32,000 bases of DNA from Promethearchaeum syntrophicum (GCF_008000775.2 NZ_CP042905.2:3990001-4022000), one strand, 5' to 3'; shown: positions 15,415-24,517, counted from the first letter of the stretch. The notes: generated from the letters alone by a model not told the origin. Program-made: numbers and translations.

Positions 15415-18053
15415 TTTTCTCCTGATTTGAGTTTTTTCTTTAGTTTATAGAGAAATTCAAAGGCTTGAATTGGAGTCATATTGTCTAAATCTGCAGAACG
15501 AAGCATAATTACAAGATCGGAATCTTCATATTTCTTAATAGGAAATAGGCTTGTCTGAATGCCTCTTTGAGATTTTTTAAGCTTGGGACTAGTTCTTTGA
15601 ATTTGGGAGGGTATTAATTTCTCACTTCCGTTTAAATAACCATCAATAAGGCCAAAAGCTCTCTCTGTGACTGATTTTGGTAATCCCGCCATCATAGCAA
15701 CATGGATCCCATAACTTTTGTCGGTACCACCATCAGTTAACTGTCGTAGAAAGATAAGCTTCTTAGTATCTGGTTTTTCAATGATTTTAAAGTGATAATT
15801 GTGTACTTTGGGCATTTTTAAATTTATAAGTTGGTGAAAATGCGTTGAAAAAAGAGTTTTTACTCCAAAATTATGTAGATATTCAATCACCGCTTGAGCG
15901 ATTGATCTCCCATCAGCAGTCCCCGTCCCTCTACCTAGCTCGTCAATAACGATGAGACTTCGATCAGTAGTATAATTAATAATTTGAGACATCTCGGTCA
16001 TTTCCAACATAAATGTACTTTGACCTCGGATTAGATCGTCGGATGCCCCAATACGAGTAAAAATTCGATCCACAATCCCAATTTCGGCTGAAATAGCAGG
16101 CACATAACACCCAATTTGAGCAAAAAGGACGATTAGCGCAGTTTGTCGCAAATAAGTCGATTTTCCACTCCAATTCGGCCCAGTAATAATGAGAATTTGC
16201 TCATGATCGTTATCCATTAAAGTATCATTAGGAATGAATTGCTCTTTTTTATTTACTTGTTCAACTACAGGATGTCTTCCTTGTTTAATAACAATTCGTT
16301 TGTGATTTTCGATTTTTGGTTTGCAATAGTTATTGAATTGTGCAATTTCGGCAAAAGTAGATAGAACATCAAGTTCACTTATAATTTTAGCATTTTTTAA
16401 GATAGGAACAGTATATTTTTGAATTTCCTTACGAATTTCCTGAAAAATCTTATATTCCAAATCCATTAGATTTTCATCAGCTGAAAGAATTTTTGTTTCC
16501 ATTTCTTTTAATCGTTCAGTTTCATAACGAACTCCATTTTTAATAGTTTGACGTTGGACGTAATCTGCTGGAACTGTTATACTTTTAAGTGCATTATTCG
16601 TGATTTGAATGAAATAGCCAATAACTCGATTATACGAAATTTTTAATCCAGTAGAAAGATTTAACTTTCTTTTTTCGCCCTCTTCAAATTTTAAAATCCA
16701 ATTTTTTCCGTTATTAAGAATATCGCGATATTCATCAATTTGAGGATTGTATCCTTCTTTAATTATGCCACCTTCGGTAATTGTAACAGGTGGTTGTTCA
16801 TGAATAGATTTTTCAATAAGATTAATGACATCTTGGAAGTCTTTTAGCTCAGTTATTAATGGTAAAAGTAATGGATCTTTAATTTCAGCAAATATCTGCT
16901 TAATATGTTCAATTATTTCTAAACATCGCTTAGTATTCAATAAATTTCGCGCGTTGACAGTGCTTGAGTAATTAATTCTTGAGATAAGACGAGCCAAATC
17001 TCCCATTTGACCTAGATAATTTCTCAAATCAGATCGAATTTCATAATTTTTAATAAAAAATTCTACAATTTCCAATCTTCTTTCAATTGCTTTTTTGATA
17101 ATTAAAGGTTGTACTATCCAATTTTTCAATAATCTGGTTCCCATTGGGGTTTTTGTTTCATTCAAAACTCCAAAAATTGAACCAAAAGTACCACCATCAT
17201 TTTGATTGCATAATAACTCTAGGTTTTTTTGGGTATTTACGTCTAAAAACATGAACGAATCTTCGTGAAAATAGCGAATTTGTTGAATATTATCTAAAGT
17301 TTCTTCTTTCTGAGTTTCTTTTATAAAGGCCAATAACGCTCCTGCTGCAGATATAGCTAAGGCACGGTCTTCTAGATCAAAACTGTTTAAATTTTCAACT
17401 TCAAATTGCTTTCGTAGAGTTTCATATGCATTGTTAAAAAGAAATGAAAATTGAGTGTGCTCCTTAATTATCATACTAGAAGATTCCCTTAATTGGCTCA
17501 TAAAAGAGAAATCAGTTAATAATTCTTGTGGAAGTATACATTCAACAGGATAATTCTTAGCTATAAAGGAAAAAAGACTAAATTTCGCTTGTTTTCCAAA
17601 AAACTCCGCTGCAATAAAATCAGCACTTGATATATCTATTATAGCAACCCCATAATTTTTCTTATCTCGAAATACAGAACAAATATAATTTGCAGATTTA
17701 CTATCTAAAAGGTTATCATCTACAACGGTTCCAGGACTTAAAATCCTTACCACTCCGCGTTTTACGATTTTACCTTTTGCTTTTTTTGGATCTTCTAACT
17801 GTTCCACAATTATTATTGTTTGACCCTGTTTTACAAGGGTTTTGAAATGTTGAGTGGCTTTATGTGGAATTCCTGCAAGAGGGTGTCGACTTGGTCCGGA
17901 TCCTCTTTTTGTTAGTGTTAATCCCAATAATTTAGCCACATTGATTGCGTCATCATAAAAGAATTCATAAAAATCTCCCATCCTATACGCAAGAAGAAAT
18001 TCTGGGGGGTACTGTTTACGAACTGAATACCAATGTTTCATCATTTCTGGCAT
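15411..18053 (-). CDS. mutS: DNA mismatch repair protein MutS (bacterial MutS1 type)
   Basis: Mismatch-binding motif YRMGDFYEFFYDDA, Walker A GPNWSGKSTYLRQ, DELGRGT, STHFHQL and the C-terminal LDNMTPIQAFEFLYKLKK are present. It is co-linear with E. coli MutS from MPEMMKHWYSVRKQYP. The start is set at the ATG at 18053 because the 48 upstream codons of the ORF track have no MutS counterpart. Confidence 0.95.
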   Translation of the reverse strand: MPEMMKHWYSVRKQYPPEFLLAYRMGDFYEFFYDDAINVAKLLGLTLTKRGSGPSRHPLAGIPHKATQHFKTLVKQGQTIIIVEQLEDPKKAKGKIVKRGVVRILSPGTVVDDNLLDSKSANYICSVFRDKKNYGVAIIDISSADFIAAEFFGKQAKFSLFSFIAKNYPVECILPQELLTDFSFMSQLRESSSMIIKEHTQFSFLFNNAYETLRKQFEVENLNSFDLEDRALAISAAGALLAFIKETQKEETLDNIQQIRYFHEDSFMFLDVNTQKNLELLCNQNDGGTFGSIFGVLNETKTPMGTRLLKNWIVQPLIIKKAIERRLEIVEFFIKNYEIRSDLRNYLGQMGDLARLISRINYSSTVNARNLLNTKRCLEIIEHIKQIFAEIKDPLLLPLITELKDFQDVINLIEKSIHEQPPVTITEGGIIKEGYNPQIDEYRDILNNGKNWILKFEEGEKRKLNLSTGLKISYNRVIGYFIQITNNALKSITVPADYVQRQTIKNGVRYETERLKEMETKILSADENLMDLEYKIFQEIRKEIQKYTVPILKNAKIISELDVLSTFAEIAQFNNYCKPKIENHKRIVIKQGRHPVVEQVNKKEQFIPNDTLMDNDHEQILIITGPNWSGKSTYLRQTALIVLFAQIGCYVPAISAEIGIVDRIFTRIGASDDLIRGQSTFMLEMTEMSQIINYTTDRSLIVIDELGRGTGTADGRSIAQAVIEYLHNFGVKTLFSTHFHQLINLKMPKVHNYHFKIIEKPDTKKLIFLRQLTDGGTDKSYGIHVAMMAGLPKSVTERAFGLIDGYLNGSEKLIPSQIQRTSPKLKKSQRGIQTSLFPIKKYEDSDLVIMLRSADLDNMTPIQAFEFLYKLKKKLKSGEK

Positions 18054-18359
18054 TTTACCAGATCTATATAATTCTTCTGCACCTAATGTTATGTCTTCTT
18101 CTTTTTCTGATATAGTTATATAAATCAACTCAACAATGAATATGAAATATGAATTCTTTGTATTTTTCTGAATACAACAAAATAAAAAAATACCCATATT
18201 GATAAATTAATAAATTTTAAAATCAACTCTCGTTAGCAAAAAATCATCGGAAACTATCTAAATTCTTAAATATCATAAATATTAATTATGTCGAGTAGGT
18301 GTTCATTTTTATATAGGTAGATAAGAAAAAAAATAATAAATTTTTATAAGGGAAAAAAA

Positions 18360-19325
18360 ATGCAGCAATATTCGAAATGTGGTATGGATTGTAGTTTATG
18401 TCCATGGTCAAAGTCTGTTCGACAAACAATGAATAATGAAGGATTTCAAGAATTCAGAACTCGTTGTAAATCAGTTTTAGGGTATTCACCTTCTGAAAGT
18501 TTTTCAAATTGTGTAGGTTGTCAGACTCCAAATGAAGAAATTCCTCCTAAATCATATCTACCTACACCAAATTGTAAAGTACGAAAATGTGTTCAATTCA
18601 GTGAGATAGAGAATTGTGCATATTGCTCCAATTTTCCTTGTCCAACAATTGACTATATTGCAGGACTATGGACAAGAGAAAAATTAGAAAAGCAAAGAAA
18701 AACAAAGATTTCAGATTTAGATTATCAACAGATTGTAGAACCATTTGAAGGATTAAGGCACCTAAATGAAATACGCCAAGACATAGCCCCAAGCGATTAT
18801 AAAAAACCAAAATTATTTCCTTCTTTAGACTATAAGATTGTTCCATTTCCTGCCCATTTTACCCGATATAAAGAAAAAATGAATGATATGATGAAGTTGT
18901 ATGAGCAATTATGTAGGTTATATTCGAATTCTGATAATACATATGCCGGTCAGCAATCTTATAAAGAATTTAGAAGGTTTACGTATAACTTTTTTTGGAT
19001 AATGGGAAAATTTGGAATTTTTGAACTGAAAGAAAAGAAAATTGTTATTGATCAAGTTACATTTATGCGAGAAAAAAAGAAGAAAAATCTTACAAGACGT
19101 AATCATTTCTTCAAAATGTTAAAATCATTTGGAATAAGAATAGAGGAATTGAACTTCACAAAAAAAACAGGAAACCTTAAGATGAGCTTCGATCTTTCCA
19201 TCGGAGGATCAAATGTTTTACATGGATTACAAATATATATTAATGAATTAGATAAGAACTTCGGAAAAAACGCTACTCGACATCTATCTAAAGCAGATTT
19301 CTTACTTTTTTCTGAACCTAAATAA
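18360..19325 (+). CDS. Cys-rich DUF3795-like protein with ~190-aa C-terminal extension
   Basis: The N-terminus has CGMDCSLCPW...CVGCQ...CKVRKC...ENCAYCSNFPC, a DUF3795-type cysteine pattern. The remainder is unrecognised. Confidence 0.55.
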   Translation: MQQYSKCGMDCSLCPWSKSVRQTMNNEGFQEFRTRCKSVLGYSPSESFSNCVGCQTPNEEIPPKSYLPTPNCKVRKCVQFSEIENCAYCSNFPCPTIDYIAGLWTREKLEKQRKTKISDLDYQQIVEPFEGLRHLNEIRQDIAPSDYKKPKLFPSLDYKIVPFPAHFTRYKEKMNDMMKLYEQLCRLYSNSDNTYAGQQSYKEFRRFTYNFFWIMGKFGIFELKEKKIVIDQVTFMREKKKKNLTRRNHFFKMLKSFGIRIEELNFTKKTGNLKMSFDLSIGGSNVLHGLQIYINELDKNFGKNATRHLSKADFLLFSEPK

Positions 19326-20688
19326 GTCTCATTTTTTCAAGGAATTCTTGAGCACGTTTTTGCCGTTTTTTTAAATTCCTTCTTTTAAATATGCTTAGTT
19401 TTGAAGGATCTTGTTGCAAGATTTTATGAGCTTCAATTTTTAGTTCTTCAAGTTTGTTCAATTCAATCAACTCATATTCAGCTATGCTATATTGTTCAGG
19501 AGGCATCTCGTTCAACCTCCACTTAACAAAAGTCTCAGAAGATTCTTTGATTGAAGGAAAATCTTTGGTTTTTCGCTCTTCAACCTCATATGCATAAAAA
19601 ATAGGGATAATATCTTCCAGAACGACATCATTTAGAAGAGTATCAAAGGAATTTACAAATTTTAGAAAGGCATCAAATACACTGGAATCATCAATTTTTT
19701 TATTTTTCCCCTTTTCTTTTCCTTCTTTGATACTAGAATGGGTTTTTATAATCGTCAATTTGTCTTTTAACGGTAAAACAATTGTTCTTGAAATTCGTGG
19801 TTTTAGATGATATTTAAATTCAATTGAATCATCTTTCTCAATATTAGGGACATACCATGAATGTTCTAAACCATTTTTCATCATTCTTTCATTGGATTCA
19901 ACTTCTGGAATTTTTCCATTCAGAGTTATCTCTGATATTTCATAATTATAGGGAATAATATCTTGAATAAATGCCGCTTCAATAGGATCTTCGGAAGAAT
20001 TTTCGATCGTATTAATCACCACGTATTCCTTCGAACTCAAATCTCCAGGATTTTCAATATGAAGTTCAATATCTATCTCTCTATGATTTTCTGTTGCTTT
20101 ACCGGATTGATGACGAAGTACCGATCTACTTTTAATGGATTCTTTTATTTCTACTGCATGTTCTTCAAGAACTTGATTGGCTAAATCCTCCATGTTTATT
20201 AAATCGCTATCTATTTCTCCAATTAAGTCTTCAATTGGAATATGTTCAATTTCGGGAGCAACATTTTCTTCCACATTAATGATTTCCTTCAATTCCCCAA
20301 TTAAGGTTTGAACAGAGTGATATTCTTCTTCTTCTTTTGAATTCGAATCGAGTAAATTCTGCTCATATTCTTGCAGGTAATTACAAAATTTATCACTTAA
20401 ATGCGGTTTCTCAAGATCTGTGGCTAATTTAATGATTTTTCTGCAATTTATGATTGTTGATAATATGTGTGCTTTACCTTTTTCTTCCAAAAATAACTCA
20501 ATAAGTTCAGAAAGAAGTTGTTCTTTTTCAGAATGAATAATGGACTCGCTATTTTCGGCTTTTTCAATTTGATTTAATTTTTTCTCGAGTTCTTTTAATC
20601 GAATTTTTTTTTTTGATATCAGATCTTCCTTTGAATTATTTTTGATATCATGGTCTTTCTTTATTTCAGCCGTTGTAAATCCACTCAT
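19318..20688 (-). CDS. acidic coiled-coil protein with two repeated beta-rich modules, unknown function
   Basis: 456-aa ORF with a Glu/Lys-rich helical N-terminal half. An internal repeat is visible: IQDIIPYNYEISEITLNGK...HSWYVPNIEKDDSIEFKYHL versus LEDIIPIFYAYEVEERKTK...FVKWRLNEMPPEQYSIAEYEL. Confidence 0.6.
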   Translation of the reverse strand: MSGFTTAEIKKDHDIKNNSKEDLISKKKIRLKELEKKLNQIEKAENSESIIHSEKEQLLSELIELFLEEKGKAHILSTIINCRKIIKLATDLEKPHLSDKFCNYLQEYEQNLLDSNSKEEEEYHSVQTLIGELKEIINVEENVAPEIEHIPIEDLIGEIDSDLINMEDLANQVLEEHAVEIKESIKSRSVLRHQSGKATENHREIDIELHIENPGDLSSKEYVVINTIENSSEDPIEAAFIQDIIPYNYEISEITLNGKIPEVESNERMMKNGLEHSWYVPNIEKDDSIEFKYHLKPRISRTIVLPLKDKLTIIKTHSSIKEGKEKGKNKKIDDSSVFDAFLKFVNSFDTLLNDVVLEDIIPIFYAYEVEERKTKDFPSIKESSETFVKWRLNEMPPEQYSIAEYELIELNKLEELKIEAHKILQQDPSKLSIFKRRNLKKRQKRAQEFLEKMRLI

Positions 20689-20805
20689 TCTTAGATAAAT
20701 TTAATTTGAATATAAAAAAAATGTAGCTTCCATTAATTTTATACGTTTTCTTTTTGCAGAACCTTCTTTACGATTTGTAAATCTTTAAATTTTGATTTAA
20801 ACATA

Positions 20806-22476
20806 TTAAACCAAATTAAAATCAATAGTTTTCATAACTTCCCCAAAATTCTGGAAAGGACTGACATTTCCTGAGAATTTTACTAGAAATTTTCCATATT
20901 CATTAAAAAATCTTTTATAGAGGACACTTAAAACCTTGGTAACTCTGGTGTCTAACTCTTCGATGCTTGCCCTGCCAATTATAAAAATGGGTTTTCCTTC
21001 TTCAAAATAGAAAGAATAACGCTGATTTCCAATTACAAATGATTCCATTCTTTTTTGGCTAATTTCCTCTGAGAGAGATTGAAGGGCAGAAATGAATCCT
21101 CCAAATAAAGTCGGATTTATATGTACATCAGGAGTATAAGAAAAAATCTCAATACCTGTTTCAGTAATAAACCAGAAATCTTTAATAACTACCAACCAAT
21201 CATCAGAAGGAGATGTATTTTCATTAAATCTTTCTTCCAAAATAGATAATTGTTGCGAGTAATAAGATAATTTCTCAATATCTTCTGATTCACGATAAAT
21301 TTGAATAATGAGATTTAAAGTAGTTTTGTGCTCAGAAATAGGATTTTTTAAACGTTCGTATATGTTTAGAGCAGTAATAAATTCATATAGTGCGTTATTA
21401 ATCTGTTTTAAGCTCAATAATGTTTTTCCCAGTTTTAAATGAAATTCAGCTATAGCAATAATATCGCTAACTCCGTTTTGATTTAAAACAGATATGACTC
21501 GTTGAAGTAATGAAATTAATTCATTGGAATTTTTTAAATTCGTCAATATTCGAATCAAATTTCTTGAAATTTTAATATATTGCTCAAATTCATTTATCTC
21601 TTCAGATTTCTGTAAAGCGATGTTATAATATTCGATTTGTTTCTTTAAATTTTTAAGATATCCATAAATATTCCCAATAATTTGAATAGTAGTAATAAAT
21701 TTTTTTGTTTCTCCATGTTTCTCCCAAATTTCAATGGCTTTTTGAAAATACTCAATAGATAATGAAAATGCTTGCGAGTTTTGATTTAAATCGTTAAGAT
21801 ATGAAAGCCCACTAGCTTTTATCTCATCAAGAATCTTATAATAGAGTTCTAAGCCAATTTCATTATAAAGCTGAGCTTTCTGCCCTTCATTTTGAATTCC
21901 ATTTTGTTCTTTCTGACAGATTTCAATAGCCTCTTTAAAAAATTGAATTGATTGATCTCTATACCCTAATTTACTACTCGTGCGGGCCCTAAATGTAAAC
22001 AATTGAAGTTTATTGACATATTCAATCGGATCTGATAGATCACTTTCAAAAATTTCAAATGCTTTTTTATAATTTCTAGTTTTATACTGACAAAAAGCTA
22101 ACATGAATGAAGATAATTCAAGATATTTTTTGTGTTGTAAATCAAGAGCAATGATTTTTAATTCTTGAAAATATTTGATTGCAGGATTAAATTTTTCTAA
22201 TTGAAATAAAATATTCGCTATAAGAAAAGTAGATTCAAGAATAAGCTTCGATTGGTGTTCCAGTTGGAATTTCAATAGGGCTTTACGGATTAGCGAATAA
22301 GCTGCTTTGAGATCTTTATTCTGATACAATTGAACACCCTGTTTAAAATCTTCGACTGCAATAGTTAATGAATAGGATGGTTCCAATTCTTCTTGGGTAT
22401 CTTCTTTCATTAGTGATAATAACAAATAAAACCGCACTTTAAATTTTGTGTCACGGTTTTGAAAAACACATTTCAT
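20806..22476 (-). CDS. TPR-repeat protein with C-terminal longin/roadblock-like alpha-beta domain
   Basis: About 400 aa of TPR-like repeats (recurrent A..y..kAl.i, e.g. AIKYFQELKIIALD, SIEYFQKAIEIWEK, ALYEFITALNIYER). The C-terminal ~130 aa, from FWFITETGIEIFSYTPDVHINPTLFGGFISALQSLSEEISQ through SFVIGNQRYSFYFEEGKPIFIIGRAS, show a beta-beta-alpha-beta-beta-beta-alpha pattern. The start may instead be the internal ATG at 22410. Confidence 0.65.
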   Translation of the reverse strand: MKCVFQNRDTKFKVRFYLLLSLMKEDTQEELEPSYSLTIAVEDFKQGVQLYQNKDLKAAYSLIRKALLKFQLEHQSKLILESTFLIANILFQLEKFNPAIKYFQELKIIALDLQHKKYLELSSFMLAFCQYKTRNYKKAFEIFESDLSDPIEYVNKLQLFTFRARTSSKLGYRDQSIQFFKEAIEICQKEQNGIQNEGQKAQLYNEIGLELYYKILDEIKASGLSYLNDLNQNSQAFSLSIEYFQKAIEIWEKHGETKKFITTIQIIGNIYGYLKNLKKQIEYYNIALQKSEEINEFEQYIKISRNLIRILTNLKNSNELISLLQRVISVLNQNGVSDIIAIAEFHLKLGKTLLSLKQINNALYEFITALNIYERLKNPISEHKTTLNLIIQIYRESEDIEKLSYYSQQLSILEERFNENTSPSDDWLVVIKDFWFITETGIEIFSYTPDVHINPTLFGGFISALQSLSEEISQKRMESFVIGNQRYSFYFEEGKPIFIIGRASIEELDTRVTKVLSVLYKRFFNEYGKFLVKFSGNVSPFQNFGEVMKTIDFNLV

Positions 22477-22556
22477 GAATAGAGATCAGTTTCAGTCAAT
22501 GAAATATGGACCAATAAAAGAAAAAATATTATAAAGACAAAAAGAGATATCATAGC

Positions 22557-23093
22557 ATGGATTATAACCATAAAGCATATCTTTGGATTCGTAGCTTTAT
22601 ATTTTTATGCATTTTTGAATTATTACACTATAGTTTTGAATTATTTCCGAATATAATTGTTCAGATTTTTAGTGGTATTAATGAATCCAACTTCCAACAT
22701 TGGAAAATTGGCTATTATAGTTATCTTATTCTCACATTGGTAGAATTTCTAATTTTCCATAAAAAGATCGCTGATGAAAACAAAGAAAAATTCATTTATT
22801 CTCATTTATTAAGTGCATTATTTGTACCATGAATAATTTTTATCATTTGGTATATCGCAGCTGCAATATATGGGTCAATTCCAATCTTTTGGCTAGAAAT
22901 TGTATATTCGATTGTCGCGTGTTACGTTTCAATTCTAATTGCAAGTATTTTGGAGCAAAATCTTAATGGAATTACATATGGATTGTCATTAAAGATAATA
23001 ATCTGGATTTTGAATTTACTTTTAATAATGGAATTTACTATATTTACATTTAATCTCCCTTGGGTTGATGTATTTGCAGATCCATATCTCTAA
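22557..23093 (+). pseudogene. small multi-TM protein (DUF6512-like) interrupted by a single in-frame TGA at 22830-22832
   Basis: The 91-codon ORF ends ...HLLSALFVP*. The same frame continues open for 86 more codons (IIFIIWYIAAAIYGSIPIFWLEIVYSIVACYVSILIAS...FNLPWVDVFADPYL*) with matching hydrophobic character. INESNFQHWKIGYY resembles the NES.WEH.K motif of DUF6512. Confidence 0.5.
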
Positions 23094-23180
23094 AATCAGT
23101 GAATGATTAATTTAAATTTTTCTTATTTCCTCCATTTATTTTGGGTTGATTAAAGTAGATTTCTTGCATTTGAACTTGTT

Positions 23181-24515
23181 TTAAATTTTCTTCTCCACTA
23201 ACCGAAGTTGAGTTTGAATAAATGAGAATTGTCGAAGGGTAGGGCCTCGTTTCCAACTTTTTAACATATTATGTTGTCGCCTCCTTCGAGCTTTCTCAAT
23301 TTGCCATGCATTATAAAGCCAGTATTGAACTGAACGCATTGTTAATTTCCGGGCATTTGTATGTGCATTGGATGGCGGACCAAGTCGATTTATATCCCGA
23401 AAACCAGTCTCAATTTGCCACCGACGATCATATTTTTGACAAATACTTGAAGCCCAACCTTGTTGAGCCTTTTTGCATCTAGGTGGAGGCTTTGTAGTCA
23501 TCATCACCATTATTTCCTTCATTGCTTCAGTTAAATCAATCCTTCTTTGTTTGAAATCCTGTCGAATATCCCGTAACCGCCGACCTTGTCGATTGGTAAA
23601 AATTAACCACACGTGGATCCCTGGCAAGTGATAAAATTTCTTTGGTGCGCCTCGAACGATGTATGATTGAATATAGTGAATATCTTTTTTTAAATAACGT
23701 TCTAAAAGCCGTTTAATTGGCTTCCACTTTCGATAGGGGCCAATATAATGGATCCCACGCGGATTTAATTCGGACAATAATTCATAGGTCGGGAACCATC
23801 GATCACCTATCACAGCTCTAACATTAAACCCATGTTGAATTATTCTATCAATGCAATGAAGGATTTTTGGGACATTTGAGTGCTTTCTTTTAATGAGATG
23901 AATTCCAACAAATAAGCTGGTTCCTTTGCTTTTTATCATCAGACCAAGATAATTTCGTTTACGAGATGTGCCAGGGCCATTATAACCTTTTGTAAGGAAT
24001 GGATTTTGAGGAAATCGCTCTGATCCATAGTACCATTGATCAGTATTATCAATTAACAAGTCAATTTGATGGGAAATAAATCCATTTTGAAGAGCATAAT
24101 TGAGTTGGGCATCAAATATCATATCATTTAATCTATTTAATATCCAAAGTGGGAGTGATTGCCGATATTTGCGTACTTGATCTCCATTAGGGCACTTTCT
24201 TTCCCGCCGTACAAGTTCTCCTAAAAATTGTCTCGGTTGAATTTTCCTGCGACGGGTGGCATTTTCCTTCTGCCAAAGTAATTTATTCAACTCATCAGAA
24301 GCTTCATCTAATGAAAGATCCATGAGGGAATGAAGTATTAATATTTCCCAAAAATCTTCAGCGGAATACTTATATCCTTTTCGTTTTGAGAGATGAGTTT
24401 GGTTGATAATTTCTAGAGCAAGATTTTTTAGCCATGGCAGCCAATAATCATATGGGCATGATTCTTCTGCGGGGTGGAGCGGGAACTCCAATCTGCTTGT
24501 TGTTACAGATTGCAT
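23181..24515 (-). CDS. IS4-family DDE transposase
   Basis: The DDE triad contexts are LLIDNTDQWYYG, RAVIGDRWFPTYELL and the IS4 signature YDRRWQIETGFRDINR (Y-x2-R-x3-E-x6-R/K). Confidence 0.9.
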   Translation of the reverse strand: MQSVTTSRLEFPLHPAEESCPYDYWLPWLKNLALEIINQTHLSKRKGYKYSAEDFWEILILHSLMDLSLDEASDELNKLLWQKENATRRRKIQPRQFLGELVRRERKCPNGDQVRKYRQSLPLWILNRLNDMIFDAQLNYALQNGFISHQIDLLIDNTDQWYYGSERFPQNPFLTKGYNGPGTSRKRNYLGLMIKSKGTSLFVGIHLIKRKHSNVPKILHCIDRIIQHGFNVRAVIGDRWFPTYELLSELNPRGIHYIGPYRKWKPIKRLLERYLKKDIHYIQSYIVRGAPKKFYHLPGIHVWLIFTNRQGRRLRDIRQDFKQRRIDLTEAMKEIMVMMTTKPPPRCKKAQQGWASSICQKYDRRWQIETGFRDINRLGPPSNAHTNARKLTMRSVQYWLYNAWQIEKARRRRQHNMLKSWKRGPTLRQFSFIQTQLRLVEKKI

Positions 24516-24517
24516 GA

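Noticed and set aside
18054-18197. 48-codon N-terminal extension of MutS in the ORF track (MGIFLFCCIQKNTKNSYF...).
   Set aside because: The extension is hydrophobic and low-complexity with no counterpart in MutS. Homology to bacterial MutS begins right at the internal MPEMMKHW start at 18053.
22830-22832. In-frame TGA read as selenocysteine.
   Set aside because: The codon lies in a hydrophobic transmembrane-like stretch with no redox motif nearby. I saw no obvious stem-loop resembling a SECIS element downstream. A Trp codon mutation or sequencing error is more parsimonious, but this is not formally excluded without a genome-wide check.
23060-23150. The 10-mer TTGGGTTGAT occurs twice (23060-23069 and 23141-23150) and was considered as a target-site duplication of the IS element.
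   Set aside because: Both copies lie on the same (left) side of the transposase gene and no copy is found at the right end. They therefore cannot be a flanking duplication. It could be a tiny remnant duplication of the upstream gene's 3' end, but the similarity beyond 10 nt is unconvincing.
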